Source: Paraspadella gotoi
Taxonomy: Eukaryota > Animalia > Chaetognatha
NCBI GenBank assembly: GCA_051294375.1
Contig: CM119265.1
Coordinates: forward strand, 28,520,443-28,584,442
DNA length: 64,000 nucleotides
Direction: 5' to 3'
Below the pieces are notes generated by a model. That model saw only the letters and a list, made by a program, of their open reading frames with translations. It was not told the origin of the DNA and did not search any database. Of the stretch, positions 1 through 18,676 are shown one piece after another; position 1 is the first letter of the stretch, and each line of letters starts with the position of its first letter. The position numbers and the translations under genes were made by a program.

Positions 1-332
1 TATTGCAAAGAAATTAATCTAACTGTTCAACTATTTCATACTGGTTTTAAAAAATCTTTCCCTTTCCAAATTAATGTTTATTATGTTCAATAGTAACAAA
101 CTTAAAACTCATGAGAAAATTTAAATATTGTCTTAATCTAATCACAAAATAACAAAACTTTAACTTTATGTAACGTGACAGATACGTTTAACCTCCGTCA
201 AAGAATATTTAAATATTTCGCGGTCCACGAAAAAATGAAAACCTCAAACCGGAAAAAAAATTTTAAATTTATAATTTCGGGTTTCTCNNNNNNNNNNTTA
301 TTAATGAATATCCCATAAATTAGTTAAACCTT

Positions 333-548
333 TTAATTAAATACTTATTTTCACTATGGAGAGACAGTGCATAAGAAACAAAAAATGTTAAATTTTTGTC
401 ATATATTTCGACTTAGTTTCTAAGTCATCATCAGTGGCTGAAAGAGACAAAACCTTTTCTTGTTTTGTCTCTTTCAGCCACTGATGATGACTTATTTTTT
501 TGTTTCTAATGCAGTGTCTCTCCATAGTGAAAATAAGTATTTAATTAA
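333..548. repeat. Foldback (nested inverted repeat) containing a hammerhead-like core
   Basis: 333-386 pairs with 494-548 and 421-453 pairs with 462-494. The minus strand of 391-440 reads CTGATGAT-GACTTAG-AAA-CTAAGTC-GAAA-TATAT. Confidence 0.75.
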
Positions 549-714
549 GCATTCTACTAGTGCATGTGATGACATTAAAGCATTAGTTAAACTTTTATTT
601 TTTAAAATTTGTATTTCCTCTTCTGTATTGAAACAAAGTGACCTAGATAATTCACGATTCAATTTTTATTTATCATTTATCCTTTATTAATTCCTTCCCC
701 TTCCTTTCTCTCAC

Positions 715-1036
715 CTCCTTTTGTTCTAAAAAATATCGCCCCTTTCTTTGTGACGCAAAACAGATGCACATTAGGATCGCGCCACGCGAATTCCCGCGCA
801 TCCTCGTATCTCGCATGCACGTGAAGTACGCGCATTTCTGGCAACAAAACTCGCGTGCGAGGAATCCAGAGAATGCGTCGCACGTCAATTAGGTGGTTGT
901 TGTTGTTGTTGTTGTTTTTGATGAAGTTGGCGAGGCGATGGAATAAGTTGAAAAGATGGAAAAGAGGGAGGAAGATGAACAGATAGAGGAAGAGCTGATA
1001 ATAAGCTGACAAGGGGCGACCGTAGAACAATTTCAT
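715..1036 (-). CDS. Probable first coding exon of a type II membrane protein; rest of gene outside the window or in a gap
   Basis: MKLFYGRPLSAYYQLFLYLFIFLPLFHLFNLF gives a short tail plus hydrophobic anchor, followed by a poly-N stem and non-repetitive GC-richer sequence. It ends at a good donor GGAG|GTGAGA (phase 1). A frameshifted copy lies at ~3055-3378. Confidence 0.4.
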
Positions 1037-1219
1037 TTTTCTCTTTTTTGTTTTTCTTATTTTTTCTGTTTAATTGTGATTAAAACAAATCTAATTGTCC
1101 ATTGAGCTTGAAAAAAAATTAAGTTTCTGTTTTAGTGTTCAACTTTTTGCAGTTTTTTTTATCACAGATTAAAGGTGTACTAAATCAAGATACAGAGAAA
1201 TTCAGTCAAACCTGATTTT

Positions 1220-1886
1220 AACAATTTTGAGCAAACAATGTCGGATCTGCCCACGATCATTATCGTTATTATCATCATTATCATTATTAATTAATTAATT
1301 AATTAGTTAATTAATAAATAATTAATTAATAATTAATTAAATCAAGTTAATTATTTAATTAATTAATAATTAATTTAATCAAGTTAGTTATTTAATTATT
1401 TAGTCAATTTGATACGAAATGTTTGTTTTGATTGATTAATTGACTGATTAATTAATTGTTGATTAATTAATTAACTAATTGATTAATTAACTGATAAATT
1501 ATTTTAATTAATACATCTTGCATTTACATTTAAAATAAAAAGAAAAAGAAGCATAATCAATTAGTTTTTTCTATTTAAACTCATTTCCACTCAAACGATT
1601 CCATCAAAACTTAATTTCCAGTTTAATCACACACTTTTCTACCCAAATACAAAAATTTCATTTCAATCCATCCAACCAATCACGAGTAATTGGTGTTTTT
1701 TGCTAAGGTGGGACGGACAGAAGGACGGACATCGTTTTTTTTTTTTGCATAATTTATCATAATTCGATATTCTGAGTTCTGACATGATATAAGTGAATGA
1801 CCGACAAGACTGAGGGGGCGGACCGACCGACCGACAAAGTGAATTAAAGAGTCGGGATCTGCTTATCAGCAGATCCCGACTCAAAA
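1220..1886 (-). mobile_element. Non-autonomous Helentron (HINE/DINE-1-like), copy 1
   Basis: Minus strand: T-run, then hairpin AGTCGGGATCTGCT..AGCAGATCCCGACT, GTCC-type microsatellite, TTAA-rich tract, 3' subterminal repeat GCAGATCCGAC, short stem and TTGTT end. Confidence 0.7.
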
Positions 1887-3552
1887 CTCGAATAGGAAGA
1901 AAGACTTTGAATGTTTTAAAGGAATGCGACGATCACAGTTTGGGCGTTATTAAATTAAGCCTTGTTTCATCAATAGATTGTATTTTACGTTATAAAACTA
2001 ATAATAGTTTTTAGTCGGTTGTATTATTGTATTTTTTTATTGCAAAGAAATTAATCTAACTGTTCAACTATTTCATACTGGTTTTAAAAAATCTTTCCCT
2101 TTCCAAATTAATGTTTATTATGTTCAATAGTAACAAACTTAAAACTCATGAGAAAATTTAAATATTGTCTTAATCTAATCACAAAATAACAAAACTTTAA
2201 CTTTATGTAACGTGACAGATACGTTTAACCTCCGTCAAAGAATATTTAAATATTTCGCGGTCCACGAAAAAATGAAAACCTCAAACCGGAAAAAAAATTT
2301 TAAATTTATAATTTCGGGTTTCTCATTACTCATTGACCATTATTTAATCATAAATAATTAAAAACTTAATGCATAATATATATCTAAGAGAGGTGATGAG
2401 CCGTACTACGGCCCGTAGTCAATGCTTGCCACCTGGTCACTCGGCAATTAATACGTCTTCTGAAAGATTTCCAAAATTCAGTTAACTTACTTTGCTGCGG
2501 GACAATTAGAGTGAGGCAATTAATTTGAACAAGTCTATAGTTAAGCGAAAGTATTTAGTCACCAAGGCTCGAACCCGGGACGTTTCGGACTGAATTCTTT
2601 CGGCAATTGTTGATGGCTGCATAATCGATATTGCGTCAAGAATTAAGACAATTGTAATTTTCACTTTTGTCACCATGAGAAAATGATATGGTAAACTAAT
2701 CCCACACCCACAAGAAAAGTACTAGCTCTCTCTCTGTTCTGGACATTTTCCGGTTTTTCGGGTCACGCGTCTTTTTCACGTGAGCCCGGGATAAATGGAG
2801 CNNNNNNNNNNAATCGAGAAATAGAAAGAAGAATTAAGAAAAAGAAAGAAGAATTAAGAAATAGAAAGAAGAATAAAACAATTGNNNNNNNNNNNNNNNN
2901 NNNNNNNNNTAATTACTGTCTCTTCAAACTTTTATTTTTTAAATTTGTAATTTCCTTTTCTGTATGAACAAAAGTCACCCTAGCATAGATCACAATTCAA
3001 TCTTTATTTATCCAATTTATCCTTTATTAACTTCCTTCCACCTTCTCTCTCTCTACCTCCTTTTGTTTCTAAAAAATATCGCCCCTTTCTTTGTGACGCC
3101 AAACAGATGCACATTAGGATGCGCCACGCGAATTCCCGCCGCATCCTCGTATCTCGCATGACGTGAAGTGCGCCGCGATTTCTGGCAACAAAACTCGCGT
3201 GCGAGGACAATCCAGAGAATGCGTCGCACGTCAATTAGCGTGGTTGTTGTTGTTGTTTTTTTGATGAAGTTGGCGAGGCGATGGAATAAGTTGAAAAGAT
3301 GGAAAAGAGGGAGGAAGATGAACAGATAAAGGAAGAGCTGATAATAAGCTGACAAGGGCGACCGTAGAACAATTTCATTTTCTCTTTTTTTTTTTCTGTT
3401 TAATTTTGATTTAAAACAAATCTAATTGTCATTGAGCTTGAAAAAAAAATTAAGTTTCTGTTTTAGTGTTCAACTTTTTGCAGTTTTTTTTATCACACAG
3501 ATTAAAGGTGTACTAAATCAAGATACAGAGAAATTCAGTCAAACCTGATTTT

Positions 3553-4204
3553 AACAAGTTTGAGCAAACAATGTCGGATCTGCCCACGATCATTATCGGT
3601 TATTATCATCATTAATTAATTAATTAATTAATTAAAGTTAATTAAAAATAATTAATTAATTTCAAGTTAATATTTAATTAATTAATAATTAATTTAATCA
3701 AGTTAGTTTTTTAATTATTTAGTCAATTTGATACGAAATGTTTGTTTTGATTGATTAATTGATGATTAATTAATTATTGATTAATTAATTAACTAATTGA
3801 TTAATTAACTGATTAATTATTTTTAATAATACATCTTGCATTTACATTTAAAATAAAAGAAAAAGAAGCATAATCAATTAAGTTTTTTCCATTTAAATCA
3901 TTTCCAACTCAAACGATTCCATCAAAACTTAATTTCCATTTTAATCACACACTTTTCTACCCAATACAAAATTTCATTCAATGCCCATCCAACCATAAGT
4001 AAGGTAAATGTGTTTGTATGGTTTGATTTTGACAAAGGGGGACGGACAGAAGAAGGACATCGTTTTTTTTTTTTGCATAATTTATCATAATTCGATGTTC
4101 TGACATGATATAAGTGAATGACCGACAAGACTGAGGGGCGGACGACCGACCGACAAAGTGATTAAGAGTCGGGATCTGCTGTATCAGCAGATCCCGACTC
4201 AAAA
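3553..4204 (-). mobile_element. HINE copy 2 (inside the duplicated block)
   Basis: Same termini and body as 1220-1886. Confidence 0.65.
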
Positions 4205-5016
4205 CTCGAATAAGGAAGAAAGACTTTGAATTTTTAAAGGAATCGGACGAATCACATATTGGGCGTATTAAATTAAGCCTTGTTTCATCAATAGATTGTA
4301 TTTTATCTTATCAAACTAATAATAGTTTTTAGTCGGTTGTATTAATGTATTTTTTTATTGCAAAGAAATTAATCTAACTGTTCAACCATTTCATACTGGT
4401 TTAAAAATCTTTCCCTTTCCAAATTAATGTTTATTATGTTCAATAGTAACAAACTTAAAACTCATGAGAAAATTTAAATATTGTCTTAATCTAATCACAA
4501 AATAACAAAACTTTAACTTATGTAACGTGACAGATACGTTTAACCTCCGTCAAAGAATATTTAAATATTCGCGGTCCACGAAAAAATGAAAACCTCAACC
4601 GGAAAAAAAATTTTAAATTTATAATTTCGGGTTTCTCATTACTCATTGACCATTATTTAATCTAAATAATTAAAAACTTAATGCAAAATATATCTAAGAG
4701 AGGTATGAGGCCGTAGTCAATGCTTGCACCTTGTCACTCGCAATTAATACGTCTTCTGAAAATTTCCAAAATTCAGTTAACTTACTTTGCTGCGGGACAA
4801 TTAGAGTGAGGCAATTAATTGAACAAGTCTATAGTTAGCAAAGTATTTAGTCACAAGGCTCGAACCCGGGACGTTTCGGACTGAATTCTTTCGGCAATTG
4901 TTGATGGGCTGCATAATCGATATTGCGTCAAGATTAAGACAATTGTAATTTTTCACTTTTGTCACCATGAGAAAATGATATGGTAAAACTAATCCCACAC
5001 CCACAAGAAAAGTACT

Positions 5017-5067
<51 letters not shown>

Positions 5068-5254
5068 AAGGAAAATTGAATCGGAATTATAATATTTACA
5101 TTGTTTCATATATGCATGTTTTTTATAACAAAAATTTTGCACCCAGGAAGATATAGCAATGGTTTAACGAAATTGGTACAACCAATATAAAATTATGTTA
5201 TAAAATGAAAAAAAAATTGGTCAGTCGAAATAAAAAACTGAAATTTAAAAAAAA

Positions 5255-6271
5255 AACAAGTTTGAGCAAACAACGTTGCGGATCTGCCTACGATAAATTA
5301 ATTAATTAATTATTAAATTAATTAATTAATTAAATAGATAAATTAATTAAATTAATTAATTAATAGATTAATTATTAATTATATTCAGCTTCTCCATCAT
5401 CGATGTCCTTAAGAATTGAGTCAGGGACAGTTATTAAATGTTTTGTTTACATTTTATCCAAACAAAACAAAATATCCTCTATATCGCAGCCAGGGGGCAA
5501 AGCCCGTCCTGGTTTAGATTTTTTCGGTTTTGCTTTCGGTCTCGCTTTTTTGCAATCATGGCTTCTAAAGTGTATATCATAGGGAGTTGAATTTTCATAT
5601 ATGGCTTCTAATCATCAAGATCTTTTTAAAATTCTGCATGTTTCATATCAATATTGATTTGTTTATGTTTTATTAACAACAAAAACGTGTTTAATTATAT
5701 GTCGCTCCTCTCTCTCTCTCTTTTTCTCCGTCACTTGCTTCTTCTAAAAACGAGTTCCGGCCCTGCAGCGTCTGTCCAGCCTTCTTTCTCTCTCTTCTCT
5801 TTCTCTCTCTCCTCTCTCTCTCTCTTTTTTTTTTACAAAAATTTTTTAGATATAATGTGGGTTCACTTAAGTAAAAAGTGCCACGAACAGGGCGCGAACA
5901 CGGGTCCTTTGGGTAGAGAATAGCTTCACGCTACGGCGGGTCGCCATAAGTACTGGTGATTTCTTTAACGAGTAAAGGGCTGTAGAGCTTCTTCTCTCTC
6001 TCTCTTTTAATTATTATTATATCGCTCGTTCTCTTTCTCTTTTTTCTCTGCAGCGGCTTGTCTCTCTCTCTCTCTTCTCTTTTTCTCTCCTCTCTCTGTC
6101 TCTGTGTGTGTCTGTCCCTATCTGTCCGATCTTTTGCGTGATCGTTTGTTTTTTTGAAAAATTCTGATTATTTTTTTCCTTCTAAAAACTGTTATTATTC
6201 CATTTATTCCGCGCTTTTTTTCAATACAAAATCCCATATTTTCATCCGAGATTTCGTGGATTTATTCTCTT

Positions 6272-6314
<43 letters not shown>

Positions 6315-6788
6315 TTTCTTTCTCTCTTCTCTTTCTCTCTCTCTTCTCTTCTCTCTCTCTTCTCTCTCTCTCTCTCTACTCTCTCTTTCACTCATACACG
6401 CATTTGTTTGTTTTATTGACTATTTCGCATAATAATGACAATCATCGCATCAATGAATGACAATCATCGCATCACTGAAGGACTATCATCACAGCAGTGA
6501 ATGACTATCATCGCACAATAATTGATTATCATCGAATCAAAATCAATTCCTATTACACAAAAATTACTATTACATCAATCAATTATATTACCTCAATCAA
6601 TTACTAGTAACATCACAATTCTTATCGCATGATTCATCGTTTTTTTTTCCCGGTTTTTTTTCATTAATTTCTATGATAGTGGGCTCTGGTCGATCTTGAT
6701 TCTTTTAAGAATTTTTTTATTTTATGTCCCTTCTCTCTCTCTCTCTCTCACTCTCTCTCTTTCTCTCTCACTCCTCTCTCTCTCTCTC

Positions 6789-6820
<32 letters not shown>

Positions 6821-8035
6821 TTATGCATAGCGACGATCCCCTTATGTTTTAGATTTTTTTAACTTGCATCATTTTTTCAACTTGCATAATTTTTTCAAAC
6901 TTGCATTCCGTCAAAACTTTATATCTAGCTTCTTCACTCACTTCCTACGCTCACAAAAATTCATCTAATCTATCATGGTTAAATAAAATAAAAAAAGATT
7001 CAAGAAATGTGCTCATATTTTTTTTCATTTAAACTCATCCACTGGTACGTTCCACTGAAACTTTATAATCAAGCTTCGTCATACGTTTTCTACCCACACA
7101 CCAAAATTCAACTCAATCTATCCATCAATTATGATTAATTGGAGTATTTATTGGTTAAAATAGTAAAAAGATTTTAGTAAATTCGACTTATGTTTTTTCA
7201 TTTAAACTAATTTCACTCACACGATTCCATCGAAATTTTATATCCAAGCTTTATCAACACTTTTCCTACCCACACACAAAATTTAATTCCAATCCAACCA
7301 GCTAATCACGAGTTTTTGGAAGCTTTTTGCTAAATGGGACGGATGGAACGGATTGATTGACTAATTAATTAATTATTGATTAATTTTTATTTACTAATTG
7401 ATTAATTAACTGATTAATTATTTGATTTATTAATACATCCTGCAGAACATTTAATATAAAAGGAAAGAGAAGCATAATCACATTAGTAAACAGGTTTTTT
7501 TTTTGTTTTTTTCCATTTAAACTCATTTCCACAACTATTCCATCGAAACTGATTTCCTTTCCAATCACACACTTTCCTACCCACATACAAAATACAGTAA
7601 TTCAGCCCATCCAGCTCATGAGCAATTGGTGTTCAAGTGAATATTTTTTTTTGTTTTTTCCATTTAACTCTTTCCACTCGGACGATCCATGAAACTTAAT
7701 ATCCAGTCAATTCACACACTTACCTAGCACACACAAATTTCATAATCCATCCATCCAATCACGAGTATTGGTGTTTTTGCTAAAAGGTGGGACGGACGAG
7801 GACGGACGGACGGACGGACGGACGACGGACGGACGGGGCGGACGGACCGGACGGACGGAACAGACGACGGACGGACGGACATCATTTTTTTTGCATAATT
7901 TATCATAATTGATGTTTCTGACATGAATATAAGTGTGTACCCGACATATTGAGGGGATGCGGACCGACGACGAAAAAGTGAGTTTAAAAGTGAGTTATAG
8001 AAGTCGGGATCTGCTGATAAGCAGATCCGACTAAA
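5255..8035 (-). mobile_element. HINE copy 3, expanded (~2.8 kb)
   Basis: Plus strand starts aacaagtttgagcaaacaacgttgcggatctgcc and ends agtcgggatctgctgataagcagatccgactaaa. It has a long (GGAC)n tract at 7790-7880, four internal repeat units (~7020, 7195, 7510, 7655) and extra sequence at ~5400-7000. Confidence 0.65.
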
Positions 8036-9330
8036 TTAAAATAAAACCACAGAAAGATATGTTTTCTGGACATTTTCCGTTTTTCGGGTCACGCGTCTTT
8101 TTCAGTGAGCCCGGGATAAATGGATCTGCCCAGCTGTCTCTTTCTCTCCTCTCCTACTGCAGCGCTCTTTTTCCCATCCTGCAGCAGCGAGGGCAGCCCG
8201 ACAGCGGCAGAACTGCGATGACGCAGGCAGCGTTCGCCCATACGAGATTCGTTCTCGCCTTCTTCGTACCTGTCTCTCCTCCCTCCTTATTTTTTACCCT
8301 TTATTCTCCGCGCAGAAAGTGGCATTGACCTTAGCCTTTTGTAAGAGTTTCCTTTGCTTTCAGAACAAAAGGGAAAGAAAAAAATCGAGAACCTAGAAAG
8401 AAAGATTTAAGAAAAAGAAGAAGATTAAGAATAGAAAGAAGATAAAACATTGAAAGAAGAATAAAGTAATAAAGGTAAGGAAACGTTGGAGTGGCCCTTT
8501 TTAGATTTTCCTAAGTTGAGAAAAATAATCACCAGACGCTCGGGCTTTCTGTTCATCCTTTATATACTATTAGATAATTATTCTTAAAAAATGATAGAAG
8601 TGATATCTATTCTAAAAACTAGGACGAAGTAATATAACCTTGTGTTGTATAGATGCTCCCTCTATCTCCAGAAGGCAACACTTAGAGCCCTCTCCTATTA
8701 ATATTTTTTTTCGGATTTATATTATCTAAAATCAAAATCAATAAAAAAAAGATAATAAAAAAATATAGAATGTTTAACAAATTATTTTAATGAATATTTT
8801 AAAATCTAAAACTTGTGTGAAACAAATAATTTTGAATTTTGCAAAATAATTTAACTGTTCTATTATTTTTAGGACTTTTTTGTGTTTTCTTTCATTAATT
8901 TAGTACAGCTTTTAAATGAGGAACGATGAATTAAAAATCCTAAAGAAAAAAATAATTGCAATATTAATATGAAAATAAATATTGTAAAAAAAAGCAATTG
9001 GGACCAAATTTATCCTCAACATGCCGTCAATAGTTTGAGCTTAAAAAGTGACTTTTGTTTGGGCTTTTTTCATCCTTTTTTCCCTTGATAATAAACAAAC
9101 ATACGTCAACCGATTTTGTTTAGACTAAAACTCGAATTCGTAACCTTGAAATTTTAACTTTTTATTTGAATCAAAACAAACTAATTAGCTAACGCTAATG
9201 CGGGACTGAGTTAAATCGAAAAAAAAGGAATTATTGGGAAAATTATAATCATAATTATCATCATCATTATCTCCATTAATCATCATCATCGTTATCATCA
9301 TCATCGTTTTCATCAATATAATCATCATTG

Positions 9331-9392
<62 letters not shown>

Positions 9393-9546
9393 TTTCCAAG
9401 CCGAATCATTTTACCCCGAGGCGATTCCTATTTCTTTCTGAGCAAATAAATTCCAATGAATAGAGTTTTACAGAGAGAAAAAATATGGTTCTCACTGTGT
9501 TGGTTCGTCTGTCTGTCTGTCCCCCCATCTCTCTCTCTCTCTCTCT

Positions 9547-9633
<87 letters not shown>

Positions 9634-9839
9634 TTTTTTCATCGATTCTCTACATTTTTCTTTTCTTTCTTTTGATCGAATAAAAAAAAAGAAAAAAAGA
9701 AAAAAGAAAAAGAAAAGAGAAGAGAATCGTCCTCCTTGAATATCTTTCTTACGCCCCCTCCCTCCCCCCCCTCCCTCCCTCCCCCCCTCTTTCACGGCCC
9801 TCACCCTTCCTCACTCCTCGCTACCCCCGGACCGTCTCC

Positions 9840-10221
9840 CGGCACTATTTTCAGAGAGCGACCATTTAGATTCATAATCCTTGAACTTAATTTTAATATT
9901 AATATATAGCTTTTAATCTCTTCTTAAAGGTTAATCCAATCTTTAACCCTTATTCCTGGCCCCAACCTAATCTATAACCCTGACTTCAACCTTAATCCCT
10001 AAACTTAATCTTTAACCTAATATTCTAACCTAAAATCTCATTCCCTCAGCCTAATCTCTAACCAAAATTAACCAAATTCCTAACCTAACGCTAGCCTAAT
10101 CCTTACCATAACCCAACCCTTAACATTCCCTATCATTAACCTTTACAATAATTAAAAAAACTTAGGACATAATTTATTTAAAATTTAAGTTGAAATGAGA
10201 TGCTTTCGGAGAAGATGTCCC
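9840..10221. mobile_element. MITE-like element with internal degenerate (CCCTAA)n
   Basis: Imperfect inverted ends (ggcactattttcagagagcgaccattt / aaatgagatgctttcggagaagatgtccc) around a degenerate telomere-like hexamer tract. Related copies at ~34788, ~39885, ~49263 and ~59645. Confidence 0.45.
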
Positions 10222-11149
10222 AATTCCTCCCCTCACTTACCCACGACTCACCCGAAGCGAAAAATAAGAAAAACAAAAATATGAATCAAAAAGGAAAAAA
10301 AATTAAGAAAAAAAGTTTCGTTCTCACGATGACATACGCTTGATTACATTCGCCGATGATAATGATAAATTAGACATGTTATAATTCACAGAACTTATAC
10401 TTTAGGAAGTAGTAGTTCTTTTACACAATTGAAACATTATTTGAAAAATAACTTAAAATACCTCAGTATGAGTTAATAGACAAGACTGTGAGAGATTATT
10501 GATTGAAAACTTGCAAAGTCCTGCTATGTTATTATCTTGTTCAAAGTAAGGGGAAAGATTTATTATTTATTTATTAACTGAAAGGATAATTTTTATTTTG
10601 GTTTTACTAATTATGAGTCAATACGAACATCTCACAGAGGGAATTATTATCTGTTTTTGTATTCACCAAAATTACTTATTACACTTTACAGCTTCGGATC
10701 GCGTTCTGGCAATATGCCAAATTCGAAATTGATTACTAATTGATCACCGGGCTTGAACCCGTGACCATTGTGGGGTTCCAATGAAGAGCAAACGGTTGCT
10801 GCATTTCGGATTTCATTCTTAACAAACATCACGAAGATGTGACTTTTTTTCTGAGAATAAAAAAGAAATAAAAAAAACCGATATAATTTATATATATATT
10901 TATAAATGATAACTTTGTGGGGAAAAAATAAAAGTCATGATTTTTCTTTAAAAAAAATATCTCCCTTTTTTATTTTTCCGAGATTCAATCCACAGCAAAG
11001 ATAATGTAACAGTCTTTGTCGTTGTCATCGTCGTCATTGTCATTATCGCCGTCATCTTCGTCCCGGTCAGTATCTTCGTCGTCATCGTCGTCATCATCTT
11101 CGTCGTCATCATCGTCATCGTCGTCGTCAACATAATCATCTTCGTCAAT

Positions 11150-11212
<63 letters not shown>

Positions 11213-11325
11213 GTCGTCGTCGTCGTCGTCGTCGTCATAATATTTGACAAATATCTGTTGCAGATACGCAGATGAATCGGTTCGTCAGGGTAAGTGAAGC
11301 TAAATGAAGGTGAGGTTAGCGAACG

Positions 11326-11396
11326 AAGGAGAACGGAATCGAACCTCCGACTACAAAGTCGTAAAGTTTGGACTTAACTCTTTGGGCCACGTTGGC
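11326..11396 (-). mobile_element. tRNA-derived SINE head or tRNA pseudogene
   Basis: Minus strand has an A-box-like TGGCCCAAAGAG and a B-box GGTTCGATTCC at tRNA-like spacing, but the acceptor stem does not pair. Confidence 0.45.
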
Positions 11397-11683
11397 ATCG
11401 GCGTCGTCGTCTGGATCATTTCCTTCGACTACAATAACAACAACAACAACAACTCTATTCACTGAGATTTCGTGACGAATTTCCTTTCGCTTTTTACTTC
11501 CTTTTCATCCATAACNNNNNNNNNNTCGTCGTCGTCGTCGTCGTCGTGGCGACACACCCTTTTTCAGACATCCCGACAGGAACCGTTTCCATATCACCAC
11601 TCCCTCTCACTCTCGCTGTCTCACTCTCTATATTTCTCCGGTCAAATTTAAAAAAAAAAGGTTTCTCCAAAAGATCAAATAAA

Positions 11684-16755
<5,072 letters not shown>

Positions 16756-17215
16756 GTTTAAGTTCGAGGTTTTAATTCTTGTTCGATAAACTGTAGACTT
16801 TATCACAATTCATTTATGTTTTATTTCTTTTGACTGATAAGTTAATATTGACGAAATAATAAACATACTGATATTAACTATAACAATAAAACAACAACAA
16901 CAACAACAAGACCGTAACGTCAACTCCATCAGGATTGCAATGACAAATTGCGATGTCTTGACTTTGATAACAACTTGATCCAATTGTGATAGACAGAGAT
17001 TGTGATAGAGATCCAGTTGTGATAGACAGAGAGATAGTGAAATAGATCCACCTCTCGCCTCATGCTCTCGCCTTGTTCACGGCAGATGAGAGCAGCGGCA
17101 GGGCCATCAGCGTCAGGGACAGCTGCAGGAGGAGCAGCAGGAGAGATCGATATGGACAAAAGACCCTGACATTCATTCGGTCTCGAAGTTGTAAGCTCGT
17201 CTCGTCTCTCTCTTT

Positions 17216-17294
<79 letters not shown>

Positions 17295-18643
17295 GTTTCG
17301 TTGAAGTAGTTTTATTACCTTGTTTTAAAAATTCTTTACATCATTTTTATATCTTTATATAATTTTTTTTCATAAATTGTTTACGATGTGCTTTGTTTCT
17401 CGATTAGTAACCAAAATTTACATTAACTAAAGCCAATATTTAATTTTAATAATTATTATTATAGAATTTGCATGGTGAAACAAGTAGTCTTGAAATTTTC
17501 AGAGAGTTTTATATTTCACCTAATTAATAGTGGGTGCTCTTTAACTGTATTCGGGTATTTTCGGCTTACAATTACACACAGTAATGATTATATACTCGGT
17601 AATCATTCTGATGTAATAAGTTATATTTGAATATAATAATAATTTAATAATAATTGATATTATTTTCCACGTAGGCTAACAAGGAAAAACAATCGACCGA
17701 CCAAAGTTGATGAACAATTAAGTTCGAGATTTCCGACGCAAAATTTGAGAGAGAAAACTGGTTTTCCACTTTCCACTTTCCTCTTTCCACTTTCCACTTT
17801 CTAACTATTGAGTTTTACTTTCAACTTGACAAAGTCAAGGCGACTTGACTAGAAGATCGTCACGTTGCGCCGACTCGTTTGTTAAGAAAATCGAAGTGAC
17901 ATTGAAAATAATCGTGGGAGTCATAATGGATGAAATATAACGAGTATGGAAATAAATAATAAGATTTAGAATGTATATTGTAAACAAACAAACCTCTGCC
18001 TTTTAAGGTTTAGGAATATAATTGAATTAAATATCAATGTTAAAATTAAATTCTGGGATAAACGAACAAAAATGGGTCACTCTCGGACAAGAGAGCCACT
18101 TGACAGAGGAATACATAAATTATTAACTATATGTTAAGTAATGAGTATCCAGAAAAAGAGAAAAAAAAGTAAGTGAATGAAAAAACGAGGTCCTGATTAT
18201 GAGGACCTTGGCAGCAGCAACGTTCACAAGGCGCCATCCGTGATCGTCCAATGTCAAGGACGCAGAGAAGATTTCTTCGTTTTCACGCGACCTTGATGAT
18301 ATCGTGAAAAAAGACTCACAACTTGTGAACGTAAAAACTGTCAAGGTTTCACGCCCACTCTCGATTCGTTATCTTTAAAGCTTTTAAACATTATCGTTTA
18401 GCGTTTAGCGTTTAACTGAAAAAAAAAATGACCATTTAAGTAAAAGGTCAATATGTAAAGTTGACAAGCTAAGAATATAAGGATTGCGAACTATGGGACT
18501 ACATGACATTTCGAAAATAGTAAGATATGTAATAATTTCTGGTATATATATGGCATAAAAACGAAATCTTCAAAATTCTACAAAACCTTTTAGCTCGTAA
18601 ACTTGAAGCATTTAAAAATGAAAGATTAAATTTAAACATTTAG

Positions 18644-18676
<33 letters not shown>

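Larger units (their letters stand above)
590..5020. repeat. ~2.3-kb tandem duplication (590-2735 vs 2925-5020; 1-288 is a third partial copy)
   Basis: Collinear near-identical text differing mostly by 1-nt indels, with copies separated by N gaps. 2735-2884 also copies pieces of 8060-8452. Confidence 0.85.

Noticed and set aside
8585-8690. ~100-bp match to 49550-49645 as a conserved ncRNA
   Set aside because: No recognisable RNA structure; most simply a fragment of a dispersed repeat.
10948-11250. Poly-Asp / poly-Met reading frames
   Set aside because: (CAT/CGT)n microsatellite with no convincing exon chain.
11326-11396. Functional tRNA gene
   Set aside because: A and B boxes are present but the acceptor and anticodon stems do not pair.
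17080-18350. Possible nested exons at 17086-17190 and 18180-18350
   Set aside because: No phase-consistent chain or recognisable protein motif.
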